From Octopus vulgaris (taxonomy: Eukaryota): a DNA stretch of 64,000 nt. Below the pieces are notes generated by a model. It saw only the letters and a list, made by a program, of their open reading frames with translations. It was not told where the DNA came from and did no database searches. The stretch spans positions 37,758,001 to 37,822,000 of the forward strand of contig OX597820.1 of the NCBI GenBank assembly GCA_951406725.2. Reading direction: 5' to 3'. The position numbers were made by a program, and so were the translations under genes. Shown in pieces: positions 24,643 through 38,650 of the stretch. Position 1 is the stretch's first letter. Every line of letters begins with the position of its first letter.

Positions 24643-25092
24643 CTAGCGCATTGTTTGAGGGTAATGGAAACAATATTCTCGGTTAGAAAAGACCAGATAT
24701 GAATGCGGTGGTGATTCTTAATATCTATGTAACCTTGACATGTATGTGTGCGCGGTGGTGAGCCTGTCTGAGAAGAAGGAAATATTTTTTGGGTAGATTT
24801 GTCGAATACGTGCTGTGTGGTGGCTGAATGTAAAGTGGGTAGAAAATGAAGAGGCTTACTCCACGGGAGCAATACTCAAGCAGAGAAAGCTTCTACATTT
24901 GCTACTATATTTATTGATTGAGAAATTCCGTGCAGTTTTTTTCAAGTGTTGCAAGCCATGTTTTATGTAATCAGCTGAGTAAATCATTTGGATCGGTGAG
25001 TTTGGTTGTATGTTGGGATATGAAAGGACATAACTAAAGAGATGTCTGTATATCGGACAGTGTCTCAAGGGGATGAGGTTAGTTGATTTAGA

Positions 25093-25165
25093 GCAGCCCC
25101 CCAACCAACGTTTTTGCACCACGGACCGGTTTCATGCAAAATAATTTTTCCAAGGACCGGGGTAA
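25093..25165 (+). mobile_element. hAT/Charlie-type MITE terminal fragment
   Basis: CAGCCCCCCAACC..TTTTTGCACCACGGACCGGTTTCATGCAAAATAATTTTTCCAAGGACCGGGG resembles a MER1-like terminus (recalled). Confidence 0.65.
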
Positions 25166-25555
25166 CATGCGCTTAACAAAACACAATTTAGTGCATGTTG
25201 CATAATCTAATTATTACAAAGATAACACATATATTACACATATTATACATCTATAATGCAGAAACATCCTACAGAGTGCAATGATGAGAAATAAGATGAG
25301 AAATAAGATGAGAAATAAAATTTAAAAGATTCATTCTTTTCGTGCAGTTTGGTACCAAATAATCAAAGGTCAGGGGACGAAACAGCAGCAGCAGCAGCAA
25401 CAACAACAACAACAAAAGTTTTATAACATACGAATCAACAAGTGTGTGTATGTGCGTGTGTGTGTTTGTGTGTGTGTGAATCTCTCTGTGGTCGCTCGGC
25501 TCGCTAGAAATAACAGCCAATTTTTATCGTCTGGATAAAAAAGGAATTATCGTGT

Positions 25556-25592
25556 CACCACCACCACCACCACCATCACCACCACCACCATC

Positions 25593-25624
<32 letters not shown>

Positions 25625-25810
25625 AATTATCATCATCATCATCATCATCATCATCATCTTCATCAACACCATCACTACCACCACCACCGCTGTCATCGCC
25701 ACAGCTATGATTATCATCACTATCACCATCATCGGCAACGCTGCCGCTGCCACCACCAAAATCACCACCACCATCGCTATACTTCACCACTGACACCTTC
25801 CACCACCGAC
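25556..25810. repeat. (CAC)n/(CAT)n compound microsatellite
   Basis: Direct reading; the poly-G/D ORF is an artefact. Confidence 0.95.
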
Positions 25811-26170
25811 ACTAGCACCATTGCAACAAAAATCTCCCCCCTGCCCCTTGCCCCTGCCCCCCTGCCCCCCGCCCACCTGCCAAGCCGCTTTTACAATCTC
25901 AACCACCAAACTGCAACAACTCACCCAGATGCATGGGTCAGAACAACATTATAAAAGATAATAAAAACAGGAAATTAGAAACGAGTAACCACAAATCCAT
26001 CGTCATACTTAAGAAAACCTAATATTTTCAATATTACAGGCGTTATTCTATTCTATTTTTGTGCAAGGATTTATTTTCTATAAGATCATATTCAGTTGAC
26101 TGTGCATTTTATATGTATGCTTGTGTGCATGATTATGTATATATGCATATGTGTATCTCTTTCTCTTTCT

Positions 26171-26383
26171 CTCTTTTACTCTCTCTTTTACTTGTTTCAG
26201 TCATTTGACTGCGGCCATGCTGGAGCACCGCCTTTAGTCGAGCAAATCGACCCCGGGACTTATTCTTTGTAAGCCCAGTACTTATTCTATCGGTCTCTTT
26301 TGCCGAACCGCTAAGTAACGGGGACTTAAACACACCAGCATCGGTTGTCAAGCAATGCTAGGAGGACAAACACAGACACACAA

Positions 26384-26418
<35 letters not shown>

Positions 26419-26590
26419 CATATATACGACAGGCTTCTTTCAGTTTCCGTCTACCAAATCCACTCACAAGGCATTGGTCGGCCCGGGGCTATAGCAGAAG
26501 ACACTTGCCCAAGATGCCACGCAGTGGGACTGAACCCGGAACCATGTGGCTGGTTAGCAAGCTACTTACCACACAGCCACTCCTGCGCCT
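26171..26590 (-). mobile_element. Full-length family B CORE-like SINE
   Basis: tRNA-like head, CTTGGGCAAGT core, internal (TA)/(TG) tract, (GTAAAAGA)n tail. Confidence 0.93.
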
Positions 26591-26602
26591 ATGTATATAT
26601 GC

Positions 26603-26908
<306 letters not shown>

Positions 26909-27649
26909 ATTCACATACATATATAGGCGTGTGTGTGTGTATGTGGGTGTGACAGAGAGTGTGCTTGTGTATACATACGTATATATGTGCGCGTGTACGT
27001 GTACACTCGTTCTCCTGTCTTTGTCTCTGTCTGTCTGTTTTTATCTCTCCTTCTCTCTTTGTGTGTATATATTGTTGACGTCATAAGAATTATCAACTTC
27101 GAGGGAACATGAAATAATTCTTTTGTGGAATAATGGCTTTCGAAGTAGACGATAAAGCTATAAGTAATAACAAGTGAATATTAGGTTAAGAAAAAAGAAA
27201 AAAAAAACTCTTTATAATTTTATCATCTGCTTCGAAATCTACTGTAAATTTTTGTGGAATTCTATATGAAATTTTGGTGTTGTCATCTACTGCTCTTTTA
27301 CCATGTTGTATTTTGCACACTATTGTATTGTTTGCATTGGCTCCCTATTGTAAAAGTATGATCAATCGACGAGACAAATGTTGCACTTGTGTATTCGATG
27401 CAAAAGTTTGAGTCATGAAGTTTACAACTGTCATGTATACATTGAAATTTTTATATCAAATTGGTTGTCTGATGTACATTCTTATACTTTGCTAGTTTAT
27501 AATTGTGTGTTGTTGAGAAGATTTTCCACTTTGATGCTGTTGTAATATATTCTACGAGTTTGTTGTTAGGCATGGTAAAGTTTTGCTGTTTTATGGGTTT
27601 TTCAAGTTATGTCCGTCTATTTAATAGTCCAAAATCATCTGCTTCCAGT

Positions 27650-28272
27650 ACTCTTTTACTCTTTTACTTGTTTCAGTCATTAGACTGCGGCCATGCTGGA
27701 GCACCGCCTTTAGTCGAGCAAATCGACTCCAGGTCTTATTCTTTGGAATCCTAGTACTTATTCTATCGGGCTCTTTTGCCGAACCGCTAAGTTACGGGGA
27801 CGTAAACACACCAGAATCGGTTGTCAAGCGATGTTGGGGGGACAAGCATACACACACACATATATATATATGTACTAGCAGTATCGCCCGGCGTTGCTCG
27901 GGTTTGTAAGGGAAATAACTATAAAGCATTTTTAGAGAGTTATAGCCAAAAATTAGCAAAAAAATGGGGAAAAAATGATGGTAATTTTTTTTTTGATAGT
28001 TAAAAAGGTCGAGTTGCGTCCCCTAGACCATCTGTGGTTTGTGTTTCTGATTGTCGACCCCATGTCGAATTTATCGATCTTTTTCAGAACTGGGGGAACT
28101 TTTCAAAATTTTCGCTGCGTTAGTTTTGAATTATGACATTGGGCTATGTGTGTGTGTCAAGTTTCATCAGAATCGGTTGAAAGCCGTGGTCAGAGTGAGG
28201 GTACAACCAGACAGACACACAGAAACACACACAGACAAACTGCCGTTTATATAGAGAGAGATATTTATATAC

Positions 28273-28348
<76 letters not shown>

Positions 28349-28522
28349 TATACATATATACGACGGGCTTCTTTCAGTTTCCGCCTACCAAATCCACTCA
28401 CAAGGCTTTGGTTGGCCCGAGGCTATAGTAGAAGACACTTGCCCAAGGTGCCACGCAGTGGGAATGAACCCAGAAGCATGTGGTTGATAAGCAAGCTACT
28501 TACCACAAAGCCACTCCTGCGC
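27650..28522 (-). mobile_element. Family B SINE split at its (TA)n by a Helitron
   Basis: Tail at 27650-27870, head at about 28340-28522. Confidence 0.88.
27875..28261 (-). mobile_element. Non-autonomous Helitron (Lep1/HINE-like)
   Basis: Minus-strand 3' hairpin CCCG-AGCAACGC-CGGG followed by CTAG|T; AAGTTTCATCAGAATCGG and ACAGACA-type repeats near the other end. Confidence 0.75.
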
Positions 28523-28674
28523 CAATAGTATATAATATACATAGTTCGCGTATTTTTAGGTGTTTGTAAATTTGGTCTGGTCAACTAATTAGTTACAGTG
28601 CCCATTTTAACTACTTTTTGTTTGTTTTATGCGTAAGATTTACTTAGTGTTTCATTATAAAATAAGAAATTAAG

Positions 28675-28888
28675 CCGGCCTACTGACAGAATCGTTTGGT
28701 TTTCGGGCAAAATATTTAGCGATATTTCGCTCGTTTTTAAGTTCTGAGTTCAAATTCCGCTGGGGTTGACTTTGCCATTTGTCCTTTCGAGTTCGATAAG
28801 ACAAGTACCAGTTGAATACTGAGGTCGATGTAATCGACTTACCCAATCCTCGAACATGCTGGCTTTATGCTAAAATTTGAAACCATTG
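28675..28888 (+). mobile_element. Family A SINE
   Basis: B box and central domain. Confidence 0.85.
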
Positions 28889-29455
28889 TGAGATGAAAAT
28901 TAAGAAGCTCACCTAGGAAAAGGTTTTACAACAGATTTTTGTATCTGTTGTAAAAAATTTGCCCTCACCCAGCATGCATAAACATTTATTCATATTTTTT
29001 GTGTATATATTTTGTGTCAACTGAGGTGCCATATGTCTTATACCTTATTCCTACATTTATATCTTAGAATGAAGCAGAATGAATTAATACATTTAGGAAA
29101 GATGTTGCACCAAACTAAAGATGAGAAGGAAATATAAAAGAATCTTTAATAAAAACGTTCAAACTTAAACATGGTCATGTTTTTAATGTAACACACAGAT
29201 ACATGTGCACATATATATAAAAGAAAGCATGCTTGTCACTCACAAGAGAGTATGACGTCGTTGCATGTACAATGTTTTCGATAAATATTTTAGGTGCCCA
29301 TGCAGTCACGAATGGACATAGACGCCCTCTTCGCCTTTTCATTCAGTGTGTCTGGGGATCGGTTAAGTGAAATTCTGAGTAGCAGTTTGTGAAGTTTTTC
29401 AGCTTCAATAAAGCAGTATACTTATACATACATAACACACACATATACATATATA

Positions 29456-29700
29456 CATGCCTGTAATTATTGGGGCACTGGGATATGTAACGCACTGCCT
29501 AAATACCAATCTTGAGAAATTAGGTTTCTCAAAACCAGGAAGGAGAAAGCTAATTCGAAGACTACAGATCCAATCCATCACTGAAACTGTAAAGGTCTGT
29601 AAAACTTTCCAGAACTTAATCATTTAAGTATATATGATCATGTCTAGATATGCAAGTATATGCATGAGAAGGCATACATAAAACAAAACATACAAATTTG
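29456..29700 (+). mobile_element. 3' end of an RLE-type LINE followed by (CATA)n
   Basis: PVIIGALGYVTHCLNTNLEKLGF..LIRRLQIQSITETVKVCKTF; (CATA)n runs to about 29870. Confidence 0.8.
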
Positions 29701-29995
29701 CACGTATACATACATACATACATACATACATACATACATACATACATACATACATACATACATACATACATACATACATACATACATACATACATACATA
29801 CATACATACATACATACGTACATACATACATACATACATACATACCTACATACATACATACATACATATATACGTGCAAAAATACCCTGTTGTTAACGTT
29901 GAAATTCCAATGAAGAAGCCTTGTATCTAGGTTAGAAACAGGCAAGAAATCTTGAAATTAAACTGAATAATAACAAACGCGCGCACACACACACA

Positions 29996-30049
<54 letters not shown>

Positions 30050-30055
30050 TATATG

Positions 30056-31301
30056 TACGTATGTACTCACATTTTGACTCCCCATATCTCATTGAAGTTT
30101 TCATTTATTTTCAGATCAAATTAACTTTAAATATGGCAGAAGTGCGACTGTTTTGAAGAAAGAAAATTCATTATAAAGTGCTACTGGAAGCACGAAAACA
30201 TCGTAGAAGTGCAAAGACAATTTAGAAAACATTTTCACAATGATCAACCAACGCGTTGCACCATTGCTTGCATCTGGAGATAAGTTTGAATCAGATGGAT
30301 TTGTCCATAATGTCCATAAAGAACATTCAAGAAGACCACGGTCATTAACCAGTTCCGCAAAGGAAAAACAGTTGCTAGAAACCCTCCACCGATCCCCATA
30401 GAAAATCTGTACGACAAATGGCTCGTGAGACAGGAATCCTTGAATCAAGCACCTATCGCATTTCGAATCGAGTTTATTGGAAATGTAATATTCCAACATT
30501 AATCCATGTTTTAAATGAAGACGATTCTAACTCGAGAGCTGAAGTTTGTGAATAGTATCTGGACAAATATGAGATTCAGCATTCCCATGCAAAATTGTAT
30601 GGAGCGATGTGAACAGCTTGATGTTAAATGTCTCAACTGGCTCACTTGCATCTACTGGGCTCCTGAAAATCAGTATGTTAATATATAAAACCAAACCATT
30701 TGAACTTAAGAGGGGTTACAGTATTGTGTGGGATATCATCAGTGAGCATCCTAGGGTCATTCTTTTTTGACTAAACTGTCACTGGAGATGTTTACACTAA
30801 ACTTGTTGCAGGAACCCGTTGTTCCACGTGTCGAAGAGTTGTTTGGTGACGAAGTGATTTACTTTCAGCATGATGAAATACCTCCCCACAACCATTTTGA
30901 TGTAAGGGCTGAAATCGATGCAACTTTTCCAAACTGATGGATTGAGCGAAGATGTAGTGCTAAATTTCTTGGGTGTTCCCCAGATCTCACTCCAATTGAA
31001 ATATTTTCATGTGGGTATCACAAAGATAAAGTTTACGGTTCAAAGCTAGCAACAGTCGATGAGATGAAAGAAGCAATTGAAAGACAATATCTCACAGTTC
31101 CAAATGGAATGATTTGTAACGCTGTTGAATTCATTGTTTCACATTACCGGGTGTGTGTGGAAAGCGGTGGTCGTCAGTTTCAACATTATGAATATTTATT
31201 TATCCATTCATGCATTTAAACATTATTCTTGTTCCTAAGTCAATAAACAATAAACTTACTGTCATTTAAAGAGTGAGAATATATTTTTTTGGACATACCG
31301 T
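30056..31301 (+). mobile_element. Decayed Tc1/mariner-superfamily transposon (DUF4817-HTH, DD37D-like)
   Basis: EERKFIIKCYWKHENIVEVQRQFR, VWSD, FQHDEIPPH, SPDLTPIE, KDKVY; ends TACGTATGT / ACATACCGTA. Confidence 0.85.
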
Positions 31302-31311
31302 ATAGGTATGT

Positions 31312-31400
<89 letters not shown>

Positions 31401-31426
31401 CATATATATATGTATATATATGTATA

Positions 31427-31472
<46 letters not shown>

Positions 31473-31485
31473 GATATATATATAT

Positions 31486-32520
31486 ATCGGTGCCACTTCA
31501 CTCTCCCGTGAACATCTAGATTCCTTCCTCTCTTTCGTTCAATCTTTCCATCCAGCCCTCCACTTCACTTCCACTATCTCCAACACCTCTGTCTCCTTCC
31601 TCGACATTTCGGTTAGCATTCTTCACTCCACTCTTACCACCTCCATTCACTACAAACACACAGACTCACACTCTTACCTCAACTTCTCTTCCTCCCACCC
31701 AGAACACACCAAGCTTTCCATCCCCTATTCCCAATTCCTCCGTCTACGTAGGCTCTGTAGTGACGACCATGACTTTGAGACTCAGTCTCAACGTATGGCT
31801 CACCACTTCATCCTACGTGGATACCCCCTCACCACTATCCACACCGCCCTTGCCAGAGCACGTTCCGTGGACCGTGTATCTGCTCTCTCTCCCCGAACCC
31901 GCCCTGTAGTCTCCCGCCTCCCTTTTCCCCTCACTTACCACCCCACGACCCTATCTCTCCAACGCACCATTCTTAGAGCTTTCCGTCATCTCCCGTCCAC
32001 TTCACACCTCATCCCTAACCGACCCCTCCCCTCTTTCAAACGAGCCCATAATCTTCGAGACCTTTTGGTCCATAGCTCCTTCCCTGACCCTACCTCCCAA
32101 CCTGGCTCGTTCCCCTGCTCCCTCCCACGTTGCCGCACTTGCCCTTACCTCTCCAACACCACCCTCCTCACTGGCACCTATCATCGACCCTTTCGCATCA
32201 TCAACTCCTTCACCTGCACCTCCAGCATTATTATCTATTGCGTCTCTTGCTCTCTCTGCCATTCCCTGTACATCGGACAAACGGGACGCCGCTTGGCTGA
32301 CCGGTTCGCGGAACACCTTCGTGACATCCACCTTGCGAACGAGACATCGGTCTCACGCCATTTCCGCTCCACCGGTCACTCCTTGCAACACCTGTCTGTG
32401 TTCAGTTTGTCCTTACACAGAGGCCATCCGGATTCCCGTTTGCGCCGTGAACAGGAATTAATCTTCTCTCTTCGCTCTTATATGCCATTTGGTCTCAACT
32501 CTCCCCACCTCCTCATCTAA
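31486..32520 (+). CDS. Penelope-like element ORF (RT C-terminus plus GIY-YIG endonuclease), 5'-truncated, stop-free
   Basis: Frame is open upstream of the listed ATG: [46 protein letters not shown]; then [48 protein letters not shown]. Confidence 0.93.
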   Translation: MGATSLSREHLDSFLSFVQSFHPALHFTSTISNTSVSFLDISVSILHSTLTTSIHYKHTDSHSYLNFSSSHPEHTKLSIPYSQFLRLRRLCSDDHDFETQSQRMAHHFILRGYPLTTIHTALARARSVDRVSALSPRTRPVVSRLPFPLTYHPTTLSLQRTILRAFRHLPSTSHLIPNRPLPSFKRAHNLRDLLVHSSFPDPTSQPGSFPCSLPRCRTCPYLSNTTLLTGTYHRPFRIINSFTCTSSIIIYCVSCSLCHSLYIGQTGRRLADRFAEHLRDIHLANETSVSRHFRSTGHSLQHLSVFSLSLHRGHPDSRLRREQELIFSLRSYMPFGLNSPHLLI

Positions 32521-33252
32521 TCCCCCTCTCACCCTCCTCATCTAACCTCCCCCCGACCCCTACTTCTCTTCAGTCCTTCATCCTTTCACCCCTACTCCTC
32601 TTCCCTTCTTCCCTCTTTCTCCCTCCCTCCTTCTTCCCTCTTCCCCTTCCCTCTGCTCCCTCACTCCCCTTCTCTCCCCCCTCTCCCTCTATCCTCCCTC
32701 CTCCTCTCCCCTCCTCTTCTCCTCTCCTTCCTTCTCCCCTTTCCTTCTCCCCTCTTCTCCCCTTTCTTTCTCCCCCGCCTCTTCTCCTTTCTCTACACTA
32801 CACCATACGACTTTACACATCACATCATATATACATACACACGTCTAGACCTCTCATACGCACTAATACTCTCTCATACACACACACTCTTCTCATACAC
32901 ACACACACACACACTCTTATGTTTGAGCGGGGTCATTCAACCCAATTATCTCCCCTAATTTCGCTCTTGCGTCTCATGTTTGATCTTTGACTTCTGGCCG
33001 AAATCAGATCGCCATGTTGATTCGCTAGCTTTTGTACGCATATTTTTTTTCTCTCCTTCTTTCTGTGTTTTTTTCTCTGTGTATCTTTCTGTTGAAGAGC
33101 GTAGGCTCGAAACGTTAAAGACTTGTTTCATTTATATTTCCTGAGCGCCATACTAATACAATTGTTTGTTTGTATTCCACCTGCCTTCGTCTTTTGTTTA
33201 TTTCCGTAAACCTGCCTTCGTCTTTTGTCTATTTTCATAAAGCTTCCCGTTA
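32521..33252 (+). mobile_element. PLE 3' tail/pLTR: C/T-rich tract plus hammerhead-like motif at 33084-33121
   Basis: Contiguous with the PLE ORF and ends in (TA)n; a related solo tail lies at about 33900-34075. Confidence 0.75.
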
Positions 33253-33586
33253 TATATATATATATATATATATATACACGCACACACACATACATATACA
33301 TTTTATACATGCATATATACATGAATTTCTATAAATATATACATATATATACATACAAAGATAGTTACATACACACATACACAAATGCACAAATATACAT
33401 GCGCATTTATACAAACGCAAATATATTTCTGAAGAAAATCTTTGATTTGAAATATTAGTATTTCTACAAATATAAAGGAAATGAAAGCAAGTATTATTAG
33501 TCTAGATTATATGTATTGAAATCTTCAATGACTGATCGCTGAGTTTGTTACTAGGATTAATATAATGATAGATATATATATGTGTG

Positions 33587-33637
<51 letters not shown>

Positions 33638-33690
33638 GTTTAAATATTTGTTGTGCAAGATTTTTTATGTGAAGTCGTGTGTTGAAACAG

Positions 33691-33789
33691 ATATTGTTAT
33701 ATTTCGGAATGGTCATATTGCCAGTTTAGCCAATATATAGTGCGTGTGTTTTTATTGGCTAAACTGGCAATATGACCATTCCGAAATAT

Positions 33790-33797
<8 letters not shown>
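33691..33797. repeat. Perfect 45-bp inverted repeat with 17-bp spacer
   Basis: 33691-33735 is the reverse complement of 33753-33797. Confidence 0.95.
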
Positions 33798-33883
<86 letters not shown>

Positions 33884-34086
33884 ATCTACATATATGTATG
33901 CGTTAGATCGCTAGCCACTACACATTCTTTATTTTCTCTCCTTGTTTCTTTCTGTGGAAGAGCATAGGCTCGAAACGTTAAAGACTTTTTCACTTCCCGA
34001 GCGTTAAACTAATACATATGTTTGTTGTCTACACCACCTGTCTTTGTCTTTTGATTTTTTGTGAATTCTCTTCATATATATATATT

Positions 34087-34129
<43 letters not shown>

Positions 34130-34208
34130 CAAAGTAAAGTTGTAAGGTACCGCACAAGTGGAAATATATTTAAAAGAAGGTTTGAAAATGCAATTTTAAA
34201 GATGTTTA

Positions 34209-34256
34209 TTCACTTGACCGGTTTCACTTTTTTAGAAAAAGATTGTCAAAAGTGAA
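34209..34256 (-). ncRNA. Minimal type I hammerhead, U3-A8 core variant
   Basis: UUCACUU UUGACAA U-CUUUUU-CUA-AAAAAG-U GAAA CCGG UC / AAGUGAA. Confidence 0.75.
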
Positions 34257-35256
34257 ATGTAAAGCTTTGTATAAGCTTTGTTGAGTTAAGTACTCGTTGT
34301 CACAGAAGTATTAAAATTCATATATTCTCCGATAATAATAAGAAAATGTTAAAAATAGTTTACAAGAAAGTATTAAGAAAATATTCAACAAAAAGTATTA
34401 CACACACGCGAACAAACACATATACACACACATGTGCACACACAACACCCTGACAATTCCCAATCACACACATACACACACACACCACCAGGATAATTAT
34501 AACAACATAAACATACTTAGAGAGAGACACACATACGCACTCATTTATACACACTCACGTACACACACACTCGCGTACACACACACTCACGTACACACAC
34601 ATAACATCCCCATCAATATAAAACACACCAATATACACACACGCACCCACAGACGCTATCATACACACACGCGAACAAACACATACACACATGCGCACAC
34701 ACAACACCCTAACAAATGTTAATCACTTACATAAACACACACAATCGTACACACATATACACACACCATCCTACCAAATATAAAAGACACACAGACCCAT
34801 TTACACACGCCATAATAAACTCTGGGACCAAATAAAAACGCCCCCACACACAGAGACACAAACACATATACACATACACATAGAGACGTGCACAGAGACA
34901 CGCACACACTCACACTATTCTGACCTCTGAGGCCAGTCTCAAAAACCACTGAACCATGACAGACTAGCTCAGAAACAAAAAAAAAAATCCTTTTAATTCC
35001 ACATTGCTCTTTCTTCCTCCGACCCTAACCAATCTCCCACACTGTCCTTAAAATAGCAGACAATCCTTAGCTACACACGAGACAGAAAAAATGTCAGAAA
35101 GATAGGTTGGTTCCTCTCGAATTCTTTGTAAACTCTTAAATATATCTCCTTCTGTGTATATATATACTACTAAACAAACATGATTTTATTGAATTCTTAA
35201 TACTTTTTCTGTGTATGTATATATATACTATCAAACAAACATGATTTTTATTGAAC

Positions 35257-37024
35257 TCTGCCTGTCTCTGTCTCTCTTGTTTACTCTTGTAGGTGCGAGG
35301 TCGTTGTGAAGTCTTGGTGCAGAAGAAGGAGGAGGAGAAGGAGGAGGAGGAGGAGAAGAAGAAGAAGAAGAAGAAGAAGAAGAAGAAGAAGAAGAAGCAG
35401 AAGAAGAAGAAGAAGAAGAAGAATGCGGGAGTGCCATGATAGTAGTATGTTAAATGGTTAAGTGCCCTGAAAGTGACCCGTTGTGGATGGTAGTAGTGAT
35501 TGAATTATTGGGATATTCCTTTTGAATGTCTTGTTTATAAAATTTGCGTAGGTGTTATTCTAAACAGTAATAGTGGTAAAGTTAGGAAGAAGGTGGCGGA
35601 GAGGGAGAAGATGAAGAAGAAGAAGAAGGAGAAAGAGAAGGGAGAATAAGAAGGAATGTAGGCAGTATGATAGTAGTAGGGTGTTAAATGGTCAAGTAAC
35701 TTAAAAGTGGGTCGTTATGGATTATAGCAGTGATTGGGACTGTTTTTTAATGAATTCTTGGAAATCTCTTGAGTGTATCATTTTTAATATTTGCGTGTGT
35801 ATTTGTGTTATTCTAAGATATCCCAAATTAAAGAAGGATTTACAACCAAAAGCTCTCCCATACATCTTCACGCACAACCCTCTTAACAATGAAGCCATCG
35901 ACACCATCCTTCAAAACATTCCCCTCCTAAAAAAGGACCACAGAATGAACTTAATCCTCCAAACACACACCACCATAAAAAGCAAGAGACAACCCAAATC
36001 TATGAAAAGTCTCCTAACACAAGCCCGAATACTCTCAACAACAACACAGAAGCCGTCAGTAAAAAGTGCAGAAGACCCAACTGTGGGATATGCATCAATT
36101 TAATTGATGGATCAGAGTTCTCCTTCAAACAGGAACAACGTTTCACAGTGAAAAGCAGCTTCACATGTGCCTCGGAAAACCTAATATACGCACTAGCCTG
36201 CTCTGGGTATCAAGAGCAATACATAGGCCAAACAAAAAACAGTCTACGTAAAAGAATGGCACTTCACAGATTCCATTCAGCCAACACATCGACATTTGCA
36301 ACAATAAAAAAAATCCAAGCTTCAGAATTTTCCCCTCTACCAATTCAGGGACGATACAACCTGTAGCCACGAATTAGTAAAGAGACTCTCTTTATTACAA
36401 AATACAGACCCCTTTTGAACGCGTCTACAACACACGACATGTCCACCACGGCCTTAGAATAACACAAACACACACGCAAATATTAAAAATGATGCACTCA
36501 AGAGATTTCCATGAATTCATTAAAAACAGTCCCAATCACTGCTATAATCCATAACGACTCACTTTTAAGTCACTTGACCATTTGACACCCTACTACTATC
36601 ATACTGCCTACATTCCTTCTTATTCTCTCTTCTCTTTCTCCTTCTTTTTCTTCGTCTTCTTCTTCTTCGCAACCTCCTTCCTAACTTTACCACTATTACT
36701 GTTTAGAGTAACACATACGCAAATTTTATAAATAAAACATTCAAAAGAGATATCTCAGTAATTCGATCACTGCTACCATCTACAACGGGTCACTTTCAGG
36801 GCACTTGACAATTTAACATACTACTATCATGGCACTCCCGCATTCTTCTTCTTCTTCTTCTTCTTCTTCTTCTTCTTCTTCTTCTTCTTCTTCTTCTTCT
36901 TCTTCTTCTTCTTCTTCTTCTTCTTCTTCTTCTTCTTCTTCTTCTTCTTCTTCTTCCGTACCAAGACTTCACAACAACCTCGAACCCACAAGAGTAAACA
37001 AGAGAGATAGAGACAGGAGGCAGA
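35257..37024 (+). mobile_element. Truncated PLE (GIY-YIG remnant 35818-36452) between inverted copies of its 3' tail
   Basis: LPYIFTHNP, SKRQPKSMKSLL, FTCASENLIYALACSGYQEQYIGQT; 35257-35817 is the inverted copy of 36453-37024. Confidence 0.9.
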
Positions 37025-37240
37025 AACAAGGAAAATGCCCCTTGTATTTGAATATTATGCAAATATTCTTTAAAAAAATTTTTCTTTTAATTTTTCCTAA
37101 AATTAATTGTTTTCCATACTTTCAGTTGAAAAAGTCTCAAAGACTGAAACAGTACTGGAATGTTTTTTATAAAATTATTTTAGCATTTTCTACCTTGACT
37201 TTTTCCATATATATCAACTCATGTGTTCCTTTTCAACCTG

Positions 37241-37279
<39 letters not shown>

Positions 37280-37444
37280 ATTTATTACATATCTCTATGT
37301 ACACACTCTTACACATCTATATGAGCTGCGAAGATAAACAACCTACTAAAAGTAGCAGCCAAATCGCCCTTTAAATCCTGAAATCACACCCTTGTGTGAA
37401 AGTTGACAATGAGCCTTCTATATGGTATCTGAAAATGTGAGAAC

Positions 37445-37662
37445 TATTCTTTTCTGCTCTAGGCACAAGGCCCGAAGTTTTGGGGGAGGGGGCCAGTCGA
37501 TTAGATCGACTCCAGTACGCAACTGGTACTTAATTTATCGACCCCCGAAAGGATGAAAGGCAAAGTCGACCTCGGCGGAATTTGAACTCAGAACGTAAAA
37601 ACAGACGAAATACCGCTAAGCATTTCTCCCGGCGTGCTAACGTTTCTGCCAGCTCACCGCCT
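37445..37662 (-). mobile_element. Young family A SINE
   Basis: Near-consensus head and body. Confidence 0.92.
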
Positions 37663-37889
37663 AAAATGAGGGAAATATCAACCAAATTTTTTTCAAACAA
37701 CAGCTCACTATCTTATGCATCCTTATATCTATGAAATCTCTATGCGTTAGATAATCATGCCAATTCTCCCTCATAACATTTTTCTCACTCATGTTACTGT
37801 AATACAAATATGCGAGCATCGCCAAATATTGGCGTAATATAATTCAATTTATGATATGATACTAAATATAATATCAAATTTAACAAACC

Positions 37890-38650
<761 letters not shown>

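Noticed and set aside
29898-29945. CCAATGAAGAAGCCT..AGGTTAGAAAC hammerhead-like layout
   Set aside because: Core and stem III too degenerate to support a call
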